The notes beneath the pieces were generated by a model that saw only the letters and a list, made by a program, of their open reading frames with translations, was not told where the DNA came from and made no database searches. A DNA stretch of 64,000 bases from Haliotis cracherodii (Eukaryota), in the NCBI RefSeq assembly GCF_022045235.1, contig NW_027266341.1:56234001-56298000 (forward strand), written 5' to 3'. Position 1 is the first letter of the stretch. The number at the start of each line of letters is the position of its first letter. A program made the position numbers and the translations under genes. Below are positions 53,151 to 64,000 of this stretch, piece by piece.

Positions 53151-54029
53151 ACTGCCTCACTGTTCAATGCTAGGGGCGAGTACATCGGTAGTGATTGAGG
53201 TTTAATAGGACAGGGCAGTTAAACACGGGTAATGGTACACCCATTTAGGGGATGATATAATGAGATACGCCATACAACTCCATTCAAACTTATTAGTCAT
53301 TATATTATCATTTATTTGGACAATACTCGAGTATGATTGGTCAGTCAGAGGTTTCAAATCAGAAAAACGCCCCCTCCACCACCCCGCCCTCATGACACAG
53401 CCGGTTTGACTGCCGCGTCACCGCGAAGGCCAATATTTTTAGAATAGTACAATAACATCTTTCACAGTCATTGTCGGTGGGCATATTTAAATAATTATAT
53501 ATGTGCAATTATAGGCTACGAAATGTAAATTTGCGGTTACTACAATATTCAAAAGATGAAGGTCAATACGTATCGTGCAGGAAACACTATAGAAATCTCC
53601 AAAGAGAAATTAATGTATTTCAAGTATTGTCAACTTGTCAACTTGCTATTTGGCGCTTTTCAATATACGACTGTGACGTGATATCTTTTGCGTCACAATG
53701 GGCGATGTGACGTCACAATAGTGACGCGTGTTATAGAACGAGACCTTTAAAAGGCTTGTTTAGGATTCTTTTGGGATGCCCACTTCATGTTAGCTTACTA
53801 AGTTGCCGTGTCACATGCTTTCACTGACTTTCATAAGTTCGAGTGAAACATCACTGTGTTAACAAACTACTGGACATATAGTGCGCCATATTTTGTTTAA
53901 AGTGCTTGTCGGTGATTCCGTAAAATCTTATCGACAACCCACTCAAAGCACTGGGCTAAACCCACGCTGTTTTACTCAGTGTATTTGCTATCACCAAAGA
54001 GTTCGCGTTTAATTAAGTCATGGTAGAAT

Positions 54030-54193
54030 GGAGATACACCTAATTTGTTTTCAATGTAGAGTGAGGTTACCTGTACCTCGCTAAACCCAACATTTGAAAC
54101 CTCACGCTACGAGTTCGGTTTCAAATTCAATATAGCGCGGTTAAATCTTCAGGTAACCTAGCTCTACATTGAAAACACAGTAGGTGTAGCTCC
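54030..54193. repeat. 164-bp imperfect palindrome (foldback or MITE-like)
   Basis: Nested arms ggagatacaccta/taggtgtagctcc, tgttttcaatgtagag/ctctacattgaaaaca, aggttacctg/caggtaacct, tttgaaacc/ggtttcaaa. Confidence 0.85.
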
Positions 54194-54369
54194 TGAGTAG
54201 TCACCTTCAATCGATTGAATATACAGTGACATCTCGCCATTTTCATCAACGTCATTAAGTTGCCATTGGTTTCCTAGTAAAGGATTGCAAGTAAACTTGG
54301 ATAAAATTTTAGTTTTCAGGAATGGTGGCAAACTTAGACATACACAGAATTGGAAATTTGGAAACATTA

Positions 54370-55441
54370 ATATTAAGGTTTCTACTTATTACAGCTACCA
54401 GGGTTTAATATTTTAAAACCGTTTGTGTTGGACTTAATACCCTGGTGAATAAGGTTAATAAAGCTCTCTTTGCATTGAAGCACATAAGAATTCGTTTAAA
54501 GAATATTCCTATCTCAGCCTTATTTAAGATTTTTGATATGCAAATAAAGTAAAGCCCAATATTGTTGTACTCGTCAGAAATGTGGGGTGTTAACAAAATG
54601 CCAGCAGTTGAAAAATTTCATGTGGAATTTTGTAAGTTTTTTTGGGGGTGTTGGAAATCATGTAACAAGTGCAGCAGTATTAGGAGATAGATATGGATTG
54701 TATGTTAATCACCATAAAAGGTGTATTAAATATTGATTTTATATTGACATTTATTATATTTACCTAATAGTAGATACCCAAAGCAATGTTATATACTATT
54801 GAAGTCTCTAGATGATGCTGGTCGCATTACATGGGTCACATATGTTAAAAAATGTTATTTGATTATGAATTGGGATTTGTTTGGATTTTGCAAGACGTTG
54901 GTGATTGTAAAATATTTATTGATATCTTTGTACAAAGACTAAAAGATTGTTATCAACAAGAATGGTATAGTACAGTTTGTGAATGTCGTAAATTAATATT
55001 CTTTAAAGAATTTAAATTACTTGTGTACGTTGAATTCTATTTAACAAATTTATCTAGCCAACGTTATAGACATATGTTTTTCTGTTACGATCTGGTGAGC
55101 TATCCTTGATGAAAAATGTTGGTAGACGCTGTGGTGTGGAATATTCTCAAAGACTTTATAATTATTGTGACATGCAAGCTGTTGAAGATGAGTTCCATTT
55201 CATGTAAGGATGTCCATATTATAAGCATTTAAGAAACAGATATTTCACACAATATTATTGTCATAACACATGTTTAAGAAAATTGTACTCTCTAGTGTCT
55301 AGATGTTGATGTTGATTAATTGTGCAAGGTTTATATACAACTCTCTATTTGTCAGACAAAACGCACATCTGTCTCAAAATTGACTTTTGTAATTTATTGT
55401 ACGTGGGCCAATGGCCTTTCTTCTGAAATAAACTTTGAAAC
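54370..55441 (+). mobile_element. 5'-truncated decayed LINE (post-RT C-terminal ORF2 region; CR1/L2-group-like)
   Basis: Fragments FKIFDMQI..PILLYSSEMWG, EKFHVEFCK, RYPKQCY, GFVW..QDVG..F.QRLKDCYQQEW, VEDEFHF...CP; 3' end gggccaatggcc...gaaataaactttgaaac. Clade assignment is from motif recall only. Confidence 0.75.
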
Positions 55442-57917
55442 ATTGGTTTCCCAATTTTATTCCATGTCAAATACACTCATCTACAAATACAAATACCAAC
55501 TCATCACGAGGTCCAAATAACTTTGATATCAAAAAAAGGAATTAGCAGATGTTTACCAATGACTTCTAAATATAGTTATAGGAGCGTCACTGGTGTGTTG
55601 TTGATAGTGGTTGACAAATCTTCCAACATGTTGGTATGACGTGCATGGAGACGTGCATATTTCTCCGTATCCTTTTAAACGTATATCATCACTGACTTAC
55701 TGTGATTCATAAGCATCTTCTCATGAATTAGTCGGAATAGGAGAATAGACTGCTTTTAGCAGAGATTCCGTATGAATAAGGACATTGTTTTGTTTCCGAT
55801 TTACAGGTTCTGAAACATCTTAGAAAGATTAGAAATAAAATAAGAATACAACAAAAAAACAGGAAAAAATCTTACATCCACGTGATTTTTTTATCTACAC
55901 TGTTTAATTGCTTTACACATGTGAACGTATTATTTGAGAAAAAAACACGTACAAAGATGTACAAATTTCGTGAACAATGATGTTAAATAACAGCTACATT
56001 AATTGGCTGGGTTAAAAGTATAAATAATTACGTAAAGAACGTAATCAAATATCATACATATAGGTGTCGAAGGTGATTTGACTTGTCTGTTGGGATGAAG
56101 TGAGGGCGCGGTGGGGGCGTGGGGCGTTATCACACATTAACACAATCACATCACATTGAATACTGGAACAAAGCGCATTTACGAGTCACAGGGTGTTACA
56201 AATATTTATGGTTAAGCATCAGTTTTATAGAGAGTAATCATAGGCCTTAATATAATTACTCCCTGAATATAAATGATTCACGAGCATACACTGGCAATAT
56301 AAAATCACGGTTTTATGTAATGTGGTCACCACAAAATGACGTCTAACAATTCATTGTAATTATATTTTCCGATATCCTAGTAGCGGAGGGAACTGAAGAA
56401 GCATTAAATGTTTCCATTGCCCAACAAGGCCTCGGTAATGTCAAAACCCAGCAAGACTCCATACACATGCATCTCCATCTGTTGCATTTAATTGTGTACT
56501 GCCCTGCCATTCATGGATTCTTACTCGTATAACATAGATCAATGAACTCAACAGGAGAAAGGTAAAGGCTATTAGACTGTAAATTACGGCACTGAATTTA
56601 AAGTAGATTTGAGGCCGTTAAACTAGTACTCTGGTAAGTTCAAATGCATATTAATAACACGATCAAAGGCAACCCAACTTCAAATGGATCACAAGGCCCG
56701 GGTCGTATTGTGATTGCTAAATGTACTGATTGTTTCCTTCAATATCTAAAATATAATACACTTAATACAATACTAAGGTGTTATCTATGACCGGTTTTGA
56801 ACCGATAAAATTAAACGTGAGAGAAATTAAGGTTCAATATTGTGACATTTTTAAATCGGCACATAAACAGTAAAAAATTCTATCAATCTTTACACACTGT
56901 TTAAGACATACATGTACATGTACTGGATACAAACTCGAAATGTTATATCCTTTGAATACACATGCAACTGTGCAGCAGCCATGTGTTGTGTGAGGGTTTT
57001 CGTAAACGAAAATTCTTGCAATATAGTTAAAAGAATAATTTAAATAATAATAATATGTATATGTAATGTATCAATTTAGTTCTAATTTTATTTATTTAGA
57101 ATTCGAAACGCTGCGATTCGGGTGCAACAGTTAAGCCCGCCGCTACGCCTCATCAGCCTCCCATGGGGATAGATTTAACGCTTTAAGTACGACGGTGAAA
57201 TTCTATTGCCGTAATAATTGCATCCGCCTCATTTCCTGTTTCCATAATCTCAGTAGGGATGTGAATCGCTTTATTGTATTCATTATTTATGTCAGTCCTT
57301 TATTGACAAGAAGCATTTTTTTAAAAACGTAAAACATTGACAGTAGCGATTAATGAGTTCATAGCTAAACCGAAAATAGAATAGAACAAGCAAACAAACA
57401 AACAAACAAAGATTTATAGTTACAAATATAATTTCACAAAATCACTGTTTACACCACTGCATTCACATTTTCATTTTAAAATATATCAGTAGACCAAATG
57501 TATTTACGTTTAATTGAACAAACACTGAAAATGAAAACTGTTTTGTCTACGATTGCAATTTGACACAAATAGTCCTTTACTTGCATCACATAAGTCAATG
57601 TACCTTAAACAAACAAACAAGCAAACATTGATAACACCGCTCACATGACTTCCATAGTCAGCGGGTTGCAGTGGCGTGGAATGTGTTTTATCCTTAAAGT
57701 TTGTAGATACTCGCCAAATTGTTCACTTCCTGTGACTGATTTTAAAGTTGGTAATGGTCAAGTGACAATGCTATAATCCGAGAACGTTATTCCATAACTC
57801 TTATTTCAGTCATGGAATCCTCATTTTGCTTTCATTCATCAATTTATTGACTTGACATTTCCGATTGATCAAATTAATTTTAATTTACGTAACTGTTCAT
57901 ACGGTCGTTAAATGATA

Positions 57918-57994
57918 GGGTCACGTGGTGCACGTATAACGGGATAATCGTGTGGGCAGCGACCATGTGACCATGCCAAAGGTACGTATATATG
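57918..57994 (+). promoter_or_regulatory. Gene 10 promoter: GTCACGTG, CATGTGACC and TATATA
   Basis: CACGTG at 57922-57927; CATGTG at 57964-57969; TATATA at 57987-57992. Confidence 0.7.
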
Positions 57995-58063
57995 GAGGCG
58001 ACATCAGAGTGGTGGTATCTGTCATCTCAACATTGGTGTATCTTCTAGTCAAGTCTGTTCATC

Positions 58064-59429
58064 ATGAAGGTAATATGAACGACATGCAATTGTTTTCATC
58101 ACAATTTGAAACTTTAAGCATTTGGGCGGAGTTTGGTTAATTCTGTAACTGACCGTTTTTAGTGTTGGGGAAAGTATGAGATTGATGCATTGTACCGTCA
58201 CACATGTACCAACTTTTAGTTCTGCGCTGAAATCTCGTTAAGTCGATCTTTATTTACTTTATTTCTCCTTCCAATGTCATATCAAACATTGGCATTCTTG
58301 TTTTTAGTTGTCCCAAGAACGACTTGTCATATAAGACTTCGGATAATGCAAATGCGATTGACGAAATTAAATACCTGAAAAGGCTGTACAATGTTGTGTT
58401 TTATCTTAATGTGAATTATGAACTGACATTAACTTGGAAAAGCTCATAGATATACCACTGAGAAAATAGTCATGAAGTTGGTGGCCGATACCTCTTTGAT
58501 TACATCGTGATACGAAATTAATAGAATTCTTATTTATACTTTGTATTTCATTGCACGATTTTCACAAAGACTTGGATTATTGTTAACCTAGGCGTTCTTA
58601 AATTGTTATGATTGGGAATTATTTATTAATATGCCCAGGTTCGATTTTTTAAAATCAAATACAACCACAAGAACTGCATTCAAGGCAAGTTTATTTTAAA
58701 TTATCTACCCATCAACCATGGTTTGTTTCGGACATCGGTGAAATATTATTTCATTTCAAACATCACGTGAACACTATTTTAAGAATATGCTGTATTTTCA
58801 TGACCGAGTTATTTCAGTTTCAACTGATTCTTTGTTTCTAGGTCGTCGTCGCTGTGTTGTCCGTGCTGGTCTGCTGTGCCCTTGCCCAGGTGTCCCACCT
58901 TGGCAAAGGAGCTGGTACTTTCGGTGTAGGTTTCAACAATGGACATATTGCTGGTACAGGCTATGGCTACAACCCATACAATAATTATGGCTATAACGGC
59001 TACGATTACGGTAAAGGCGTTGGCAATGTTGGCGTTGCTGGTACAGGCTATGGCTACAACCCATACAACAACAACTATGGTTACAACGGCTACGGCTCCG
59101 GTAAAGGCGTTGGTAACATTGGTGCTGGAAAAGCTTATGGAATCAACTATAGCCCCTACAACTACAACAACAATGGCTACGGTAAAGGCGTTGGCAAATT
59201 CGTTGTTGGACATGGAGCTGGTCTTGCAGGACACGGACCTTTCGTTGGACATGGATCCTTCGTTGCTGGACAGGGTTTGTACGGTCACCATGGCGCCATT
59301 GCTGGACATGGACCTATCGTTGGACACGGAGATGCCGGACACGGTGTTTATGGACATGGTGGACCCTTTGTTGGTCATGGAGTTGCTGGTTCAGTCGTCG
59401 GCAAAGCCAGTCCCTATTACTACCACTAG
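58064..59429 (+). CDS. Gene 10: paralogue of gene 9, ~197 aa; join(58064..58069,58842..59429)
   Basis: ATGAAG|gtaata. The ttctag| acceptor at 58841 is in frame and gives MKVVVAVLSVLVCCALA-QVSH; the protein ends KASPYYYH. AATAAA at 59506. Confidence 0.92.
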
Positions 59430-59859
59430 AGACGTATGCTTGTCGTGCCTTATGTATGAATGGGTTTTTTATAGTGTATTGATATGATCTTTACATCAAC
59501 AAATGAATAAAATGTACCTAACATATCCATGTTTTGTGTTCATTCAGACAGCTGCATTCCATGGTTTATTTAATTTTCTTTTGAAAGAAGTGCATGCATG
59601 ACTCTGGACATACTCGTTAATTACATTTTACTCTAATTTCGATTCGAAGAAACGTCAGACTGATATTCAAGAGACTTAATTATTGTGTCGTGATATCCCA
59701 GTCAAATAATGGTTTGCACAGTATGATAGCACAACATTCGGAAATAAAGTCGATAGAGTTATATAAACTTAATTCTTGTATAAGCCAGTCATGGTGTTGC
59801 GATATAAGCATATATATATATATACATCATATTCAATTTTAAAATTGTTTCTCTGTCGA

Positions 59860-60028
59860 TGGGCGCTGAAGTAACCTATTGCTTAAAACGTTCACTTTTC
59901 ACGTCGAAGGCCTAGGATTCCATTCCCTTTAGGGTTCAGATCGTGAATCTGTTGTCCACTGTCGTGATATATATTGCTTGAATATTGTTATAAAGCGGCG
60001 TAAAACCGTACCCACTCACTTATCCACT
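59860..60028 (+). mobile_element. SINE family A, decayed
   Basis: ttaaaacgttcac...gtcgtgatat...aatattgttataaagcggcgtaaaaccgtacccactcac. Confidence 0.65.
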
Positions 60029-60257
60029 GCCGTACTGTTCATTGCGAGGAGTGAGTACACGGTTTGCGATTTGGGCTTACAGGACTAGGTCAGGTTCACA
60101 AGGGTAATGATATTTTTCTGTAGTATATATATATGCTATCTATCTAATTCTCTAGTCTGTTTCAGGGTTAAAATGAATGCCAAATGAAAGCAGTATCTAG
60201 CCAGTGACTAATTATAAACATAGGAGCCTATATGATTTTACGGCAAGCATTGTTGCT

Positions 60258-60390
60258 TTATTTGTTTCTTTGTTGTTTAACGCCGCACTCAGCAATATTC
60301 CAGCTATATGACGGCGGTCTGTGAAAAATCGAGTCTTGACCAGACAATCCACTGATTGACATCATGAGCATCGATCCACGCAATTCGGAA
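60258..60390 (-). mobile_element. Repeat family D, 3' fragment
   Basis: tgttgtttaacgccgcactcagcaatattccagctatatgacggcggtctg...ccagacaatcc...catgagcatcgatcc. Confidence 0.85.
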
Positions 60391-61168
60391 GTGGAAGTAA
60401 TATTTACATGTATGGGCTGGGCCAGAAGTATATTCAAATGCTAACGAACATCGTCATGTATCATAAAAATCCCAGTACCAGTCACAGTCACTAGACACTC
60501 GATATGCAAAAGTATATCAACATGTCTAAAATTCAAGATAGAGTGAAGGCTAATCGTAGTAGGTGATATTTCGTAAATAGAAATATCACGGGGGTCTGTA
60601 ACAAATCGAATCTGAACCAGCTAAATCAATGGTCGATTATGAGCAAACATGATGATGACAGACAAGCAGCCAGGTCATGATGACAGCCGCGGCCGAGAGT
60701 TGGTCTTCTCTGATGTACACCTGTCCCAATGCAATTCATATTCACCGGAAACCGGTATGAAGACCTGCTTTTAGGTACGTTTGACAACCACAAGATCCGA
60801 AAATAATATAACATGATATGTTGACATTAGTGAAAATATAGTATATTGGTAAATGGACATGAGCAAGATACACAAAATGAAAAGGGGATCCGCTTAACTG
60901 TATAAGATGGACGTTGAAGGTGATTTGATTCGTCTGTGGGGATGAAGTGATGGATATCTGTACACGTCATGGTGGATCCCATTTCCTTCCTACCTCCTGC
61001 ACAGGCGCACACACATGCACACATACACGCACACAGATATACGACTACACACATACATAACACACACATGTACACACGTACGCACAGGCAGAGGGAAGCC
61101 TTGCTGTCACACACACAGATAATCACACCACAATCATCAGTGTTGCAACACGTACCTACAAGTCTCAC

Positions 61169-62272
61169 GGTTTACTCCCATCATAACTACAGCCCATTAG
61201 AACTACAGCCCATCATAACTACAGCCCATTAGAACTACAGCCCAAAATAAATACAGGGGTAATGTGAACACAACTGGCCTACCACTATCTTGATAATGGA
61301 AAAGCCTCTCCAGTGTCCAATCAAAACTACAGTAATTATACAGTAATTACTTTTAATATATATAAGAAATATAAGCAATTAAATATATTGATTAAATAGA
61401 TTGAATTGAATAAATTAAAATCAATTAAATAATTTATTACATATATTTTTTCTGGTGATGTTATTATGTATTTTGTGATTGTTGAGTGGCTTGTCATGGA
61501 AACCAGTTACTTGTGATTGTTGAGTGGCTTGTTATAGATACCAGTTACCTGAGATTATCAAGAAGCCAGTTTAACACCTAATTAATCCGTTTTGATTATC
61601 ACAATTACAAGCTGTATATAAGACTTCAGACTTCAGTTTTAAAAAAATCAAACTATAGCTGGGATGAGAACAGTTGGGTTTGTCTTGCCTCAGAAGGGGA
61701 AACCACAAGTTTTTCTTGATGGTTACCGTTACCAGAAAAGTGAGTGAGTGAGTTTGGTTTTACGCCACTTTTAGCAATAGTCCAGCAATATCACTGGGGG
61801 GGGGGGGGACATCAGAAATGGGCTTCACACACTGTACCTATGTCGAGATTCGAACCTGGGTCCTCGGCGTGCCGAGCGAACGCTTTAACCACGAGGCTAC
61901 CTGACCGCCCCGTTACCAGAAAGTAGTAAGAGGGAAGCTGTGTACTTGTCATTAAGCACTGCAGAGGCAATTGTACAAATGGTGGTAAGTATTTCCGAAA
62001 CACTTCAGATCGCCCCTCTAGTGATGCAGATAACTCGAATGCAGAGATGGCTGATTTTGACTTCGTTAAATTATATGTATGAATGTCATGTTGTCATGTA
62101 TGTAAAATGAATAAAGTGCATCGATATCAAGTATCATGTGGGTCTTATGGCAGTAAAAAGCGGCCAGTCCATTTACATAATGGTAATTAATACCCACCTC
62201 CCTGACCACTAAACTTTAACTTTTGTAGTTTGAAGCTGTAGTTCTTATGGGATGCAGTTCTTATGACACAAC
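61169..62272. mobile_element. Non-autonomous DNA-transposon-like insertion with 11-bp TSD and inverted subterminal repeats
   Basis: acaagtctcac at 61158-61168 and 62273-62283. The left cataactacagccc/ttagaactacagccc array mirrors the right gctgtagttcttatggg. Absent from the paralogous block near 56180. Confidence 0.7.
61740..61910 (-). mobile_element. SINE family A nested in the above element, TSD cgttaccagaaa
   Basis: Direct repeats at 61727-61738 and 61911-61922. Confidence 0.9.
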
Positions 62273-64000
62273 ACAAGTCTCACAACGTTAAAGTGATAAA
62301 TATTTATGGTTAAACATCATTTCTATCGAGGGTAATCACAGGCCGCTAATTTACCCACATTGACTAACTGCGGAAGATAAATATTTTTACGATATAACCA
62401 CAAAGATGGAATTAAAGGTTAATTGTTATTATATATCCGATATCCTAGTAACGGAGGGAACTGAAGAAGTGTTTAATGTTTCCATGGTCCATTGACATTG
62501 TCAATAACCCAGCAAGGTTCCATACACATGATTCTTCATCTGCTGCAATTCATGGATTCTTATTCGTATTTTATATATCATTAACGCAACAGGAGAAAGT
62601 TAAAGGGTTAGACTGTAAATTACGTCACTGATTTTAAAGTAGACTAGAGACAGTTAAACGAGTACTTGCTGGTAAGTTCAAATGCATAATTACAGCCTTA
62701 AAGGCAACACGACCTCACATGGATCACATAGGTCATATTGAGGCTGATAAATGTACTGTATCCTACAGTTCGTACCATATACATGACTTAATGCAATACA
62801 TAGGAGTAATATACGAACAAATAAATATATAAGAATAAACGTGAAAGAGCTCAGGGTTTCAGGTACAGAATATAGTACCGCTGAACTAACAGTTTATTTA
62901 TACTCCATGTATGTCCAGAGCGATCACATTGCATTTGCAAATCTTATCATAAGTTATATTGGACGAAATACAATTTTCATTAATGTATATGTGTTCGGAA
63001 AATATACTGTAACTCCTACTAAGTCAAAAGTGTCCTTGTACTGTTTAAAACACACACTTTTGAAGACATGCAAAACTGTATTTTGAGGTGAAAAACACAT
63101 AACTGAAATGGTATTAACTTTTTGATTTGCTCCATAACTAAGATATTTTATCATCACTTGCGTATAAACTACGATATTGCTAGGGGAAAATATTTTACTT
63201 AATTTGAATTCTGTTTAGATTAACTTTATAACAATACCAGAACGCCTATGGAATCTGTCCTATTAAATCTAGTATATTAACATTTTCAAGAATTAGATTT
63301 TGTATTTACGTGATTCTTTAACAAAATTACAGAAATATATAGAAGAACATGACCACAGTTAAATTGGCTTTTGAGTATAAATACCAGAGAGCTGACGAAT
63401 GACATTCGCATTTCAAGCATACAGTATCGCCATACATGTTGGTCATTGAATGGATTTTGAAGTTAATTAATAACAATGCTTCATATATAAGATCACTCAG
63501 ATTTAATATAAGAATGACAATATATCATAAAGAGGTTAGATATCCCCAAACTCACTGAATACAATGAATGCGTATTCTCAATAGAGGATTATTATCCCAT
63601 AACACACACGCGTAATAGCCCTATGCACATAGATATCCATGGATAAATGCATGTTGAATTTATTGCATATTGTTCGGGCATTTCCTTGGTTGATCAAGTT
63701 CACAATTGTGGTTCAGATGCATGTACATTTATGTATATGTATAAGATGGATTTCTGTTAATGGTATAGATTAAAATAACAAGGGCAGACCTATATGTAAC
63801 ACGCAGAACCTTTTTCACATGCTGATGAACAAAACGCGCTTAAAGATACTTTCGTCATCAGAACGCATACTTCATTTAATGTGTCTACGTTGTAAGTCTA
63901 ATTAAAAAATCCATAATATAAGTTACCTGCATAAAGGCAAAAGGAACTGTATGAGAAAGGTACATGGTGTCCATTTTTCTTATACGTCACGACGTTGTAT

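Noticed and set aside
26723-59429. Assigning known names (shematrin, prisilkin, suckerin, HBP) as gene symbols
   Set aside because: Similarity is compositional or motif-level only; orthology cannot be established without searches.
26693-59487. Ser/Thr/Met-rich antisense ORFs and Leu/Asp/Met-rich shifted ORFs over genes 4-10
   Set aside because: Expected by-products of GGN/CAY-rich coding; their similarity simply mirrors the sense paralogy.

Overview
AT-rich eukaryotic genomic DNA. The SINE types and gene content suggest a mollusc, plausibly an abalone or other vetigastropod; that assignment is inference. The window is a compact cluster of secreted low-complexity structural-protein genes: 9 apparently intact genes plus 1 pseudogene. 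Every intact gene has the same architecture: TATA box, a 6-nt first coding exon (ATGAAG or ATGCAG), a phase-0 GT-AG intron, and one large exon with the rest of the signal peptide and the mature protein. Two genes (1831-4829, 11779-15850) encode ~800-860 aa K/D/Q/N/A-rich proteins with two indel-free arms around a Gly-rich linker and a Gly/Phe/Ser tail. Seven encode 106-238 aa Gly/His/Tyr/Phe-rich proteins with GHGPF, GHGVY and GYGYNPYNNYG modules, which recall squid-beak His-rich coacervating proteins and suckerins. The cluster shows head-to-head pairs, exon-restricted homogenisation, a chimeric gene, a conserved CACGTGACC E-box next to the TATA box, and a shared upstream non-coding element. 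Intergenic DNA holds at least five short interspersed repeat families, two decayed LINEs, a MITE-like insertion, a 164-bp foldback, micro- and minisatellites, and two 128-N assembly gaps.
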